The notes below the pieces were generated by a model. It saw nothing but the letters and a program-made list of their open reading frames with translations, was not told the DNA's origin and made no database searches. A DNA stretch of 64,000 nt from Podarcis filfolensis (lineage: Eukaryota), in assembly GCA_964270895.1 (NCBI GenBank), contig OZ185440.1. The stretch is one strand, 5' to 3'. The position numbers and the translations under genes were made by a program. Each line of letters starts with the position of its first letter. Positions within the stretch are counted from its first letter, which is position 1. This document shows, one piece after another, positions 12,384 through 25,173 of the stretch.

Positions 12384-12991
12384 CTGAAACAAAGAGATAC
12401 ATCGTGTTAGTTTTGCTCCACTACATGCTCTATAACAGAAACAGGGCAAAGTTTAAGACTGCCAAAGCAGAGTCCCAGGAGAACTCCACATGCAGCATTA
12501 ATTTCCAGTGAATCAAACCCACAAAAACCAAGAAAGCCGTAGAGTTTGCCCAGGATAATGACGCTAGAGCAGAGGGAACAGGCTGTAGGCATTTTATCCC
12601 TATCAGATAAGGGATTGGTAGATTTTTATGTTATTTAAACATCTATTTTTAAAAGAGGCTATAGAGACCTGACACCTATTACATGAACTTTAGCATTAGG
12701 AAGCTACAGCCCCTATGTCAGAGGTTTCCAAAGATTTTTGCCAAGCCCTTTTTGTCTATTTGAGCTTTGTAGGAGCCTGCTTTAAAGACGCAAACTGACA
12801 AGTCCTTCTTATGAGGCACTCATCTGCATTTTATCCAGTTTGCCACTCAGCTTTCTGACTCTCGCTGTCTCCTACGCCTACTTTGCAAAACTTGTTTGTA
12901 TCACTGTCCTTCAAAATAAGAGATTTCTTCAAAAACACTGTGCCCTCATATTTCTCAATCACTTCTTTAGCAGAAACTGCCACCCACCTGA

Positions 12992-13111
12992 TCACATCAC
13001 AAGGCACGAGAGTCCCATGCAGCCTTGATTCCCATCTTCACTGCTGTTGAGTCTTTTCATCCGATATTGGCGGATCTCCCTCACCAGTGTGTAAAAGGCA
13101 TCTTCAACACC
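12992..13111 (-). CDS. NRAS: N-Ras coding exon 4 ([39 protein letters not shown])
   Basis: cag|GGT acceptor; N-Ras-type hypervariable region with palmitoylated Cys181 and CAAX CLVM; donor 4 nt after the stop (TGATCAG|gtgggt). Confidence 0.97.
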   Translation of the reverse strand, partial: GVEDAFYTLVREIRQYRMKRLNSSEDGNQGCMGLSCLVM

Positions 13112-13850
13112 CTGAACGGGAAAGATATTCTGGTCAGAAACAAGTGCTTCTGGGCCTAGGAGATGTTTTCTTTGTTGCCCCTTCTCCACACATCCCTCTT
13201 GAAAGGTTTCATGTCAAATTTACCGAGCGAGGGACTGCATTATAGTCGTCGGCAGAATCAATGCAAGAAATAGGGGAACCCTACCCCTACACTCTCCCTT
13301 ATATACACCCACCCCCATTCACGCATAAAAACATACATAAACCTTAATCCCCACTATTCGTTCATTCATTCACATTCACTCATGAACAACAGCAGCCATT
13401 GGACTTGAAAATAAAACACTGAAGCTGAGGTTTAGAAGGTGATTTTTGTGGGTATTACAGCACATGGGGGGAGGGTTAATCCTTCCCCCCCTAACTGTAA
13501 TTACCATGAAGATTGCCCTCCCCTACCTGTGTGGCAAATAGGCTTAAAAAGAGCTTCATATTTTGAGCCAACATGAGGGTGCTGTTGTTGTTTTTGAAAC
13601 CTAACTGCCACACCTGAAAGGGGTGTGTGTGTGCCACACGTGCCATGGAAGTCTAACCCTTTCCTCCCAAGCCACAAACGTGCCCACAAGACATCAATCA
13701 GGTAGGCTTGGAAAAAAGCCTCCTATTGACATTAATTAGAATGTTTCGGGCCTGATTGCTGCATGCATGGCATTTGGGGCAGTGGAGAGGGGAGAAAAGG
13801 GTTAACCCCAGCTGTGATTCCCCCCGGAAAGAGTCATCCCTACATGACAA

Positions 13851-14204
13851 GGTAAAGGTAAAGGGACCCCTGACCATTAGGTCCAGTCGTGGCCGACTCT
13901 GGGGTTGCAGTGCTCATCTTGCTCTATGGGCCAAGGGAGCCGGCGTACAGCTTCCAGGTCATGTGGCCAGCATGACTAAGCTGCTTCTGGCGAACCAGAG
14001 CAGCGCATGGAAATGCCGTTTACCTTCCTGCCGGAGCGGTACCTATTTATCTACTTGCACTTTGACGTGCTTTCGAACTGCTAGGTGGGCAGGAGCAGGG
14101 ACTGAGTAACGGGAGCTCACCCCGTTGCGGGGATTCGAACCACTGACCTTCTGATCAGCAAGTCCTAGGCTCTGTGGTTTAACCCACAGCGCCACCCGCG
14201 TCCC
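13851..14204 (-). mobile_element. Sauria SINE, full length, in an NRAS intron
   Basis: TSD catgacaa at 13843-13850 and 14207-14214; intact head and tail. Confidence 0.93.
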
Positions 14205-14451
14205 TTCATGACAAATAGGGTTTAAAAAAAGCTTCCACTTTCATCAGTGGAACTTACTCCTCACATTCAGGAAGTGTGCTTGTTTTTGTGTGTGTGTTTT
14301 TTAAGGTTCCAAGTTTATGCAGCCTATAGAATAGTACTCCTACCAACAAGCTCCAACCCTCTGCCTGCCTAGTGCTGGCTTCTCAATCAGTGTACCAGAA
14401 CAGTGCTGGCAGTTCTCAAGAGAGCAATGCAGAAGCACAAGAATCCATTAC

Positions 14452-14611
14452 CTGTCTCGTTTTGGCAGATGTCTCAATGAAGGGAATCCCATAGCTCTTG
14501 GCTACTTCATGAGCTTGTTTGGTATCTACTGTCCGTGTTGGCAAGTCGCATTTGTTTCCCACTAACACCATTGGTACGTCTTCAGAATCTTTCACTCTTT
14601 TAATCTGCTCT
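14452..14611 (-). CDS. NRAS: N-Ras coding exon 3 (160 nt; NKCD and SAK motifs)
   Basis: cag|A GAG CAG ATT ... AGA CAG|gtaat; [53 protein letters not shown]. Confidence 0.98.
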
Positions 14612-15363
14612 CTGGAGAAATGGGTGGGAAGAGATCACAGCCTCTACGTTTCAATTTTACATGCTGTTAAAATTGTCATTGCTCCCAAAACACGGCAGCT
14701 GCACCTGGCTGCTTCTCTTCTGACTTCAGATAATGAAAAATCCTGCAGTTCAGAGCAATGCCACAAGGTGCTCTTATGATATCACATGATTGCATAATTT
14801 CATATAAGTTGTCCTTCTGAATTGAAAGTGGGATAGAAATCAAATCAGCATACCATTAACTATATGAACCAAGTAATGAGAACAGAAAGGTGCTCCAACC
14901 ATCCTTTTATTAACCTGAGTATGATCCTCTCCATCCCTTCCTATGCCAGGGCAGCTATCACAATGGTCCCCTATTTCTCCAGAACTATTTTGAATATTTG
15001 ATCAGGTAATGGTATTTGATTGATTAATGAGCAAACACCTGTTGAACAGCATATTCAGCTGTACATAAACTCCTGAGCTTCGGAATGCGCAGTTTGATTT
15101 CAAACCACACAGGCAAATGAAAATGCTTTACCAGATAGCAGCTGACTGACAGGTGGGCAGCCCTCACCTAATTGTCAAAACAGTCTATGGGGGTTGGAGG
15201 AGGTCAGGATCTGACCTGCTGGCAGGACCAGTTACCACCTCTGTTCTAGACATGACTACCAACCACTTTAGCAATACAGTCTATTCAAGGGCCACGGTGG
15301 ATTTTGACTCAGCACTAGCACGCAGCTGTGCCTTTCCCACCTCCTTCCTGCAAACACAGCTTA

Positions 15364-15564
<201 letters not shown>

Positions 15565-16331
15565 TCAGGACTAAGCATGATCTGATCCACCAAATCCTGT
15601 TTGTAACACACTTCAACACACTGTGATGATCCACAGTTTCGAAATCAGCCCTTCTCCAATCTTTACTGTATTTGGTGATTTAAAGGATGACGTGCTTCCA
15701 GAAGCATGAGCTGTTGGGGGATTCCACACATGCCTGTTTCAATCAACTGAAGAACCTCACGATCTTTTTTCAAACAAGAAAAGGCATCAGTTGAGATTTT
15801 GAAAACATGGGAGTTTCTGGTAAAGTTCCAGAAACCAAACTTAGAACAAGGGAGGAATCTGTGTCCCAGTTCTGGGAGAGCTCTGTCCCTCATCCTTTTA
15901 ATCCTACAGCAACCTCTGCCCCCAATTTCTCCCAATTATTTGCCAAATAATTCCCAAAACTCAAATATTTTAATTTGGCTACACATACTGGGTGGTGTCT
16001 GGCTAAATCATACTCAGAGTAGATCCATTGGAACCAGTGGATTTATGTTAGCATAACTACAGTAATTTAATCTCACTGATTTCAATGATTTAAAAAGATA
16101 CCACTGATTAACAGTTAAGCAGATCTGAAAAAATAACAATACTTTTGCAAAAAAGTTCTGAGCTTCCTGATATTATAAGGATAAATGAACCCATATTTTC
16201 TGTCCACTTCTCTAAAGACAGGATAAGTTTAATGAGTGTGAAACTCTGGGTTTCTAACACTTAGCACTGACAACAGTATGCTGCACCTCTTGTATGCTGG
16301 TAGCACAGCAAACACAAGAAACATAGGTTCA

Positions 16332-16535
<204 letters not shown>

Positions 16536-17999
16536 TTAGCAGAGCCAAGATCTCCAAGAGAGCGTCTTTCAGAAACACATAGCAAATGCAGAGACAGAAT
16601 AAAAATTCTGAACACCCAACATGTTTGATACTGTAGTAGCCAGAAAGAGGGCTTTACCACAGGCTGACAGGCAGATGATAAATTAAACAAAACAAGGCCA
16701 AACTCAGTCTGAGAATTCATGGATGATTGATCTGGACTCAACCCCCCCCCCCCATACAGGCTCAGCAGTGTAAGATAATAAGCAAAATCCTAGACCTGGG
16801 CTGCAATATTGTATACATTTACCTGAGAGAAAGTTCTGTGGAGTTTACTTTTGAGTAGGCACGCACAGGATTGCACTATTAGCCTAGGTAGCCACTGGCT
16901 CAAATCCATTTTCTACCACAGGAGTGGAGAAGCTTGGTCAGCCTCTGGCCACATTCCCTTCATGGCAACCTGTCTGGGGCCACATGCCAGTGGTGAGCAT
17001 GGCCAGAACATTAGTGGGGGGAGCAACTGTAGATATATGTTTGTACTGTAAGTTACACACCCCTCTCTTAACTCCAGCCAGGCAAACAAGAAATGTTATC
17101 AGAAGTCAAAGGCACATTCCAGACAGGCAAAAATATTTAAGAAGGGGTGTGGCTCGGGAGTGTGTGTGGCCTAGGAAGAGTCTTGTGGGCCTGGTGGAGA
17201 GGCCTGGAGAGACACATATGGCCGCTGGGCCTGAGGGTCCCCTTAGTCTCACAATACTGTGAATCAGTTTAGGTTGAGCAGTAGCTTGCACAAGGCCATT
17301 AAGGAACTTTTACAGTGGAAAGAAAGTTACTGGGTGATGCTGGGCAAGCTACTGCTCAACCTAAACTGATGTGAGAATAAGATGAAAAATATGTAAATGA
17401 TTTCTGAATAGGAAACTGGAGACAATTTTGAGATGGATGAAGATAACCCAGCTGAAACTCAATTCAGATAAGATAGAGCTGCTCTGAATGGGGAATCTGA
17501 CTGATCTGGATAGAGAGGAACAACTGGCCTCAGATTGTATTGCATTTCCTGAAGGGTGATATCAAAATTTGTAGTTTGAAGTGCAGCTGACACCTGTGGT
17601 TAGCAGATTTGTATGGCCTCAACATTATGTTGTCCTTAAAAACTTCTCTTTTGGTCCAATTTCTCTTAAAGGTTGCTCTTTTAGAATTGGTAATTTTGGT
17701 GCAGAGAGTTCTGTATTAGCAATGTATACTGATGTTTTTAAACTGTTTTAAACTGTTTTCAAACTAGCTTAGGTTTTTAAATGACTGTAAATACTGCTGC
17801 TGTTATATTTTGTATATGTACGGTTTTATGGTGCTGCAATCTGCACTGGATGGCTTTGCACAGAAGGCTAGCATACAAATGATTTTATAAACAGAAATGT
17901 TACTTTAATACAGAGCATACAGTGAATAGATTTAGGCGGTGTCTCGTGTCAAAATGTAAACATTTCAGGACACAAACTTGTGGCAGAGAAAGCTATCAA

Positions 18000-18437
18000 G
18001 CCACAATGGCTATTTTCCACCTCCACTGACAGCATTCGGTGCGCCTCCAAATACCAGCGGCTGGGAATTGCAGGTGGGCAGAGTGCTGTTGCGCCCGTGT
18101 CCTGCTTTTGGGCTTCCCACAGGCACCTGTCCCGCCACTGTGGGTACAGGATGTTAGACTACAGTGGTACATCGGGTTAAGTACTTAATTCGTTCTGGAG
18201 GTCCGTTCTTAACCTGAAACTGTTCTTAACCTGAAGCACCACTTTAGCTAGTGGGGCTTCCTGCTGCCGCTGCACCGCCAGAACACGATTTCTGTTCTCA
18301 TCCCGAAGCAAAGTTCTTAACTTGAAGCACTATTTCTGGGTTAGCGGAGTATGTAACGTGAAGCGTATGTAACCCGAGGTACCACTGTACTAGACGGACC
18401 ACTGGCCTGATCCATCAACAGGGCTCTTCTTACGTTC
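18000..18437 (+). mobile_element. LINE (CR1/L2 group) 3' fragment interrupted by a MITE
   Basis: caggatgttagac[...]tagacggaccactggcctgatccatcaacagggctcttcttacgttc tail; related pieces at about 40165-40200 and 51475-51580. Confidence 0.6.
18162..18387. mobile_element. Tc1/mariner MITE (family with 3 copies in the window)
   Basis: ta|cagtggtac ... gtaccactg|ta; internal repeats gttcttaacctgaa. Confidence 0.9.
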
Positions 18438-18439
18438 AC

Positions 18440-19270
18440 TCGCGTCTAGCTTGCGACTGCCAACATCTGATGTCCGCTTGGCAGCCCCAACACCCCATCT
18501 CTCTGCACGCCTTGGGACCACCAAGGGCAGCCGGGCAGCCCCCGGAGGACCCTTCCCCATACGAGCAGGGCAGCGCCCACCAAGCCCTCAGGCTGCCGGC
18601 CCCCAAACATATAGAGCCACTGAGATAGAGCCCCTATCAGCCCGCATGGAGGTCCGGGGGAGAAGCGACTCCAGCGGAAGGGACGGGCACACCCAACCCG
18701 GGCAGCGAACGAAGAGCAGCCCAAGGCAGCGTCTCCCGGCACCAGGCGGAGAAAGACAGCGCCGCACCTTCCCGACCAGCCCCTCAGCCCGAAGGGGAGA
18801 CGGGGCTGCCCTGCCTCCCCTTTTCCTCGTTACGACTCGCCTCTCACCTCACTTCCAGGCTCCACAGCCGCCAGAACGCCCTTCCCAAGATCGGTCCTTC
18901 CGACCCGCCGTACGGTTGACGTCATCCCCCGGCGCCGGAAACATTCGGAGACGTCGCTCGCTTGGGCGGGGTTCACTGAAAGCAAGGGCTCCGCGGGGAG
19001 CGCTGGGCGGATGGGTGTCGTTGTCCTTCTGCCTGACGAGAGCAGGTGGGAGGAGGGCTCGCGGGACGCCGCTTCCCACCCCAGTCGCGGCAAGTAGGAA
19101 GGAAGGACAGCGCCGGATTCGTTCCGGCAGGACTCCGAAGCCAAACGCAATGCCCGCTCCAGCCCCCGGGAGTTGATGGAAGTCGCTTTCCACAGGACCA
19201 CAGCAGTGGCTTTACGGAGCCAGGTGCCGCTGAACTGTAGCCCTTCGTTTGTTGTTGGAGTACACGGATC
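18440..19270. promoter_or_regulatory. NRAS: NRAS CpG-island promoter: CRE TGACGTCA (18917-18924), ETS-like CCGGAA (18935-18940), GC box
   Basis: Visibly GC- and CpG-rich; motifs read directly. Confidence 0.8.
18848..18990 (-). other. NRAS: NRAS non-coding exon 1 (TSS approximate)
   Basis: Donor GAG|gtgaga at 18847 inside the CpG island. Confidence 0.7.
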
Positions 19271-19411
19271 CGGAGTGGGGTCCCTAAGATGGTTGGATGG
19301 CGCCTTGTACGCCTCCTCCTCCTGCACCAGCTTATATGCAGCTCCTCCAGCCAAGCTGGTGCCAAACATATTGCTCTGCTTTCTTAGGGAAACCCAGCCA
19401 GATGGGCGGGG

Positions 19412-19421
19412 TATTATTATT

Positions 19422-19451
<30 letters not shown>
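19412..19451. repeat. (ATT)n(ATC)n microsatellite
   Basis: Direct reading; explains the poly-M/I/S/D tracts in the ORF track. Confidence 0.95.
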
Positions 19452-19453
<2 letters not shown>

Positions 19454-20354
19454 TTGGACTACATCCGCAAAACTGGGAGGGAGGCCTTGCCGTCTGGGCA
19501 GCCCAAGACCTCCATGCACAATGCCCAAGCTTGCGCCCTGGGGAGGTCACTTTGCAGCGGTTGTACTTTACCCCTGAGGCGCACTCCATTCTCAAGGCAG
19601 ATGGAGGTCAACTTCATCATCCCTGCCCATCAGGCACACTTGTGTGTCCATTGTAGCCACTGCTACATATTCTCACAATGATCTCATGCTGCCCTTTTAA
19701 AGTGGTCATGGCAGGGGATTGAATGCAGGACCTTGCACATGTTATCACTTACAGAGCACAGGTCCCACTGGAGTGTAAATGAAACAAATTGAACTTTTCA
19801 AAATCCCTTCTCAAGAAGATAGTGTACTTTTGTAAAAATGTGCTCTTTGCATGGTGTCCCACCCTCGCTCTTCTTCCCTTTTCTCACAATGTGAACGGAC
19901 CAGTGCTACAGTTCTTTTCCCATCACCTCTGAATCCAGCTAGACTTGGCTTCTAGTCAAGCCTTTTAAGATAGGAGAGGGGGAGATAATATACTGAAAAC
20001 ACATATTTTACACCCAACACCCACCCTATAATGGCCAATAGGTACTTCATGACACTTGTAAAATCACAGTGGGCACCCAGTGATCACCATTATAGCAAAA
20101 ATAGTATATATGCCTAACATAAGCAAGTGTTTTACAAAATCATGTATAGAGATAGTGAATAAAGAGAACCTTTATCCACAAACACTTGAAATCAGTTACA
20201 TAATGAAGCTGAAATTCATTAGATTCAGGATAGCCAAAATAAAGTTACTTTCTTACAATATAATTAACAAGATCCTATGTAAACTACTTTGAGGGTTGTT
20301 TTTTTACAATCAAGCAGTGTATAAATTTTATTAATAAAACATCAATTCACCAAC

Positions 20355-20561
20355 GCCGCACACGGAAACACCGTTTACCTTCCCGCTATAAAGCGGTCCC
20401 TATTTATCTGCTTGCACTTAGGGGTGCTTTCGAACTGCTAGGTGGGCAGGAGCTGGGACCGAATGACGAGAGCTCACCCCGCTGCGGGGATTCAAACTGC
20501 CAACCTTTCGATCAGCAAGTCCTAGGCTCTGTGGTTTAACCCACAGCGCCACCCGGGTCCC
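20355..20561 (-). mobile_element. Sauria SINE, 5' half only (3'-truncated)
   Basis: Head gggacccgggtggcgctgtggg at 20561; similarity stops after gtaaacggtgtttccgtg. Confidence 0.88.
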
Positions 20562-22103
20562 ATTGAAATTAACAAACATGAGATTAAGTTAGGTACATTA
20601 ATTTTAGCACATCTGTTCGGTGTAAAATTTGGTTGAATACTACCCATGATGAGGATGTATCAGCTATGGAAGTAACTAATCACTTGGTACCATTATTTGA
20701 AGATATATCATGCTTTTCCTAGGAATATTCCTGCTTAACCCCCCCCCCCAATAAAGTAAGCTTTCAGACAATGCCTTTGGCTTATTTAGAGATAGTTCTG
20801 AAGTTGATGGCATGCTAGTATCTTTGTGACATTTTGGTTTATCTAATCTAATAGACATCATATTGCATTGTTCCCAGTGGAATATTGGTACCTGCTATTG
20901 TTTAGCAAGTGTAATTGATATCAAGTCATTTAAAGAGGCACCCTTTTTCTATATAATTTGCAATGTTTTGCTTAAATGAAAGAAAACGTGAATGGAATTG
21001 GAAGTAGACTACTTTTATTGGGAAAGAATGTGTTTTTGTTCAAATACAGAGAAATCTGAAGTTGGATTTATTCCCCAGCAACAGACTTCTCAAGCTACTC
21101 CCAAATTTTGGCTGACAAGAACTGAACTCTCTCAACCCTAATATACTGCAGGGAAGAAATGTTTTAAAGCACCATTGTGGAGAGGTACTGTAGACTCACC
21201 CCCTGTATGTTCTAAGCGTACAAACCTAATCTGTCCACCCCTGCTTTACAACGATGATATGTACATATTAATGTTGTGCACCAGATCTGACTAAAACCCA
21301 GATCACAAACTGAATTGGGCAGATCTGGGCTTTGACTATTTAGTTGAGACTGCCATGGGTCTAGTCAGCCCACCCTTAGTGAATTGGGGCGATCTCAGAA
21401 AGTCAGGTCAGGTGGGTAGGGGAAGAGGAAAGGGAAAGGCAAGCAGCTTCTGCAAGATTGAAGAGCCACGTGACACAATTTGCAGAAGGGCTTTCAAATT
21501 GTTGCCACATTGCACTTTGAATTGAACCTGCCAGTTCCCAGCACAACCTTACCAACTGAGGAACAGAGTGCAATCCTACTGGCTGCAGGCATCTGTTTTG
21601 CATTCCCTGCAGAGGTGGTGTTGGTGAAGCACACTGCAGTAATTAACTCTCTGCTCACCTGCTGCTGAGGGAAAGGTTCAGTCCTGCTCTCTACAGTGTG
21701 GTCAGGAGAGCAGGGGAAAGGAAATGCTGCATTTACTTGTCTTCCCACTCCTGGGCACATTTAATAGAGGTTAAAATCCTGATTATACATGAGGGCTGGT
21801 CCCCAAATCCATTTGCAGGCCAGATCTAGTTGGGGCCTACTGGCGGACCAGGAGTATGCACAGCCCTAGGACACATGCACAAGAAATGACTGCATTGAGG
21901 TGGTGTGTAAAGTTTCTAATGCAAGTGCATGACAAGCTTAAGATCAGCTTGCCTGTTTAGCAATGCAAATTATTGGGGTGGGGAATGCAAACACATAGTT
22001 GTATCAAAGTTTGATTTCAGCATACCAGTGAGAAAGGTTTCCTGGCAAATTTTAATCGGAATACATGCCCTAAATTAACGACAACAAATCTGAGATGTTT
22101 GAA

Positions 22104-22125
22104 GTGTGTGTGTGTGTGTGTGTGT
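22104..22125. repeat. (GT)n microsatellite
   Basis: Direct reading. Confidence 0.9.
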
Positions 22126-22629
22126 CCGTATGAAGAACATCTTTAATTTTACATGTTGTATAAATCTCAAGATTCTGCCTCATAGTCCAAAATGTTTGAA
22201 CTGAAATCTTTGATACTAAAAAAAAAAAAAGGTGCAATCTTTTAAAAACCCAAAGCTTTCCTTGAAGTTATTCTAATTCTACTTAGACATGGCAATTTTA
22301 ACTCCAGCTACTCAGTGTGACTGGTATGACATCCATTTCACTGTGGGATATATGGAAGAGACCCCCCCGCCTGGGGAAAAAACCACTGTTCCTTGCCAAC
22401 CTGTGCTCAGAATCTGACCTCATACCATCCAAGGACATGTGCTCTGTACCAGTGAAACCCTTACCAGTAGGTTACAACACTTCATTGAGCCAGCTCATCC
22501 TTACAGGGGCTGGACAAAGTGTCTAGAATGGCCTGAGAATACAGAGGTTAGTCAACTCTGATCTATACCACATGGAGCATATTTTGCGACTAGGAATAGT
22601 CTTAATGAAGGAGTTACAAGATTGAGGCA

Positions 22630-23891
22630 GTTTTTCAAAATCAGTAAAACTTTATTCTATTTCCATTCTTCGCCATTAACAGAAAAATTGGAGAAAGCAA
22701 TGTTTGTTTTACAAAGATAATGCATCTCCCAGAGAAGAAAAACCCTAAATTGAGAATAGAGGTAACATGGGAAAAAAACACAGTACTGCCCTCTATTCAA
22801 AGAAAATAACTCCTGATCTTTTTGGTTAAAGTAATACTTAGACCAATCATTTAGTTTGCTCGCTTGATAAAGTGTGGCTGAGGAAAGGGAGGGAGGGGAG
22901 AGAAGGGGCCTGGAGGGAGAAAAAAAAAAGCACACAGACATCAACTATTTCACCTTGATGAAAGTCTCAATACAGCTATGGAAAGCCTAAGTATTCTTTT
23001 ACAGTACACTGGGTGCTGGCTGCAAAAAAAAAAAAAAATGTATTCACTTCAGGCACAACTTTTTAAATTTTTTATTCAGTAAAATAAACTGGGTTTAGAA
23101 GCTGCAGTGTTCTAAGCAGCAGCAAATTTGTGCATTGTTTTAAATATCTTTAAGTTATCACACTGATGGCACACCTCATCCTTATGAAATTCTGCACTGT
23201 GCATGCTAATTGAAGATAATTACAAAAACTATCAAGTCTACTCTGGAAGATACTTTCAATGTGATCTAGGAGATAACGTTGCTTGCTATATGGACTTTAG
23301 TTTAAATGAGACATACAAAACATTTTAACATTTGGCCATCAACTTAAGGAACTTGTTTGAGTGCTCATACAGGATTCTATATAAACAGTTGGTATATTCA
23401 TCCTCATATGGTCCTCAAAACTAGAGCAGAATGAACAGGAACTTAACCTCTCCTGTCTTAAGAGAGAGTAAAGCAACTGAAAGCTAAGGCATTGTAACAC
23501 CTTGGCAAGATGTGAATTAAGGAAATATATATATAGATAGATATATGTATATCCTTTCAGTGCAGAATTTCATAAGGTCTACCAGAGTAGAACTGTCTAT
23601 AATGTTTACTTAAAGAGGCAAAGTAGATTTGCAGTTACCAGTTGCGTTAAATGCACCATTCAAAAAGCTTCTAACACGTGATACTATAAGGCGCCACCTT
23701 AGGTTCTCCAGGATGCAACTGTGCATATTTTAAAACTGTTTCATAAATTTATTTTTAAACATAACATGAGGAAGGTGTTAAAACTGGTGTAATAGCTCTT
23801 TAGAATTTGGAAGGGATGAATATGGGGATATTCAGTACCCTTCACCAGACCCCACCACTTGCTCCAACATAGTTATTTGCTTTGAGACCAG
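22630..23891 (-). terminator. CSDE1: CSDE1 3'UTR with three AATAAA signals (23748-23753, 23071-23076, 22651-22656)
   Basis: tttatt on the plus strand at three positions; about 1.25 kb to the distal signal, similar to mammalian UNR with three poly(A) sites. Confidence 0.7.
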
Positions 23892-23939
23892 TTAGTCGAT
23901 AACACCAGCTTGACGAATCTTTCTTTCTGCACCAAATCC
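23892..23939 (-). CDS. CSDE1: CSDE1 coding exon 18/18 (GFGAERKIRQAGVID*)
   Basis: tttacag|GGA TTT ... GAC TAA. Confidence 0.97.
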   Translation of the reverse strand, partial: GFGAERKIRQAGVID

Positions 23940-25173
23940 CTGTAAATAGTGAAGTAACTGAATGAGTTTAAACTGGAACTTGAAATCACGAATAAGGAAA
24001 GTAAAGAGAGCTGCAAGCAGTCACATATAATTATTATTGCTATTGAGCATATTAGAAGGAAATCCTTTATTCATTTTCATAACATGCTCTCCTCCACCGC
24101 CATCTGTCCACACCCAATCATGCCACATGCCCCCTTGATGCTATTCCACCTCTTGTGCCATCACTCCTTATTAACCTGTCTCTCTACCATGTTTAAACAT
24201 CCTATTTTCTAAAAATAGAAACCTCCATTGACTCAACCTCAACTTCTAATTGCCAGCTGCTTGCTCCTTTTCCCCCTTTGCTCCAAATTCATGGGCATTG
24301 TTTATTCATGCAATTTTGCCTTCCTTCCTTCCCGTTCTATTCTTGACTCCACTGACTGCTTTTGCTAGAAATAACACATCATATTTTGCTACAAAACCTA
24401 AAGCTCTGTGAGGTGCCCTTGCCCTTTCCAACTAGATCCCTTTAGCACAGAGGAGTTTTTCCGCAATTTACACAACACTTAGTCCCCTCACCGACCTTGA
24501 AGACTACTCTACACAATATTCCCCAAATCTCTTCACTGGCATCCTTTAAAAAAAAAAAATCAGCAGATGCTCCACATCTTTACCGTTAAAACTCTCCAGT
24601 TTTACCAAGTCTTTTTAGCCCTTGGTCTGCCAGTTACATCCCTGCTAATGACAGCACTTTCTTATAGAATCCTCTGCAATCTGACAGTCTCTCGGTCTTC
24701 TAAGATAACTTAAACATTTAGTACCTCTTCTCTCCCATCAAATCCCTCTTTTTTCAAAGGGTTTTTGGCTGACCCATTACCTTCATTCTTATATGTAAGT
24801 AAATCTTCTCACACATTCATGTATTCCTACCATTTTCTATCCCCCCTTTCGTTTATTTTGGAATTACACACACTAGAGAAGAGGCACTCTAAAATCTTGC
24901 ACTGTGTTCCAGTTTATCATTTAAGTCCTTTGTACTTCCATGTTCAACTCACAGTCTCAGCAACCTAAGAAATCCAGCATTCTGTCTCAACTGCCTTTGG
25001 AAAAAAATGAGTTCCTAAAGTATTTTTATGTCCTTCCATCTTTTGCTGATGATTAACATTTACTAGAATTCCTACCAATTAAAAGGAAGTTGCTTGGCTT
25101 CTTATCCAGTATGTCACAGAAGCAGAAATCCCAGTGTTATGACCACACATCAGGCAAATATCCTGTAACATAC

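Noticed and set aside
18446-19656. Long ORFs on both strands (up to 241 aa), some with poly-M/I/S/D tracts
   Set aside because: They arise from the stop-poor NRAS CpG island and an (ATC)n microsatellite; low-complexity Pro/Arg/Gly sequence with no recognisable domain or splice support
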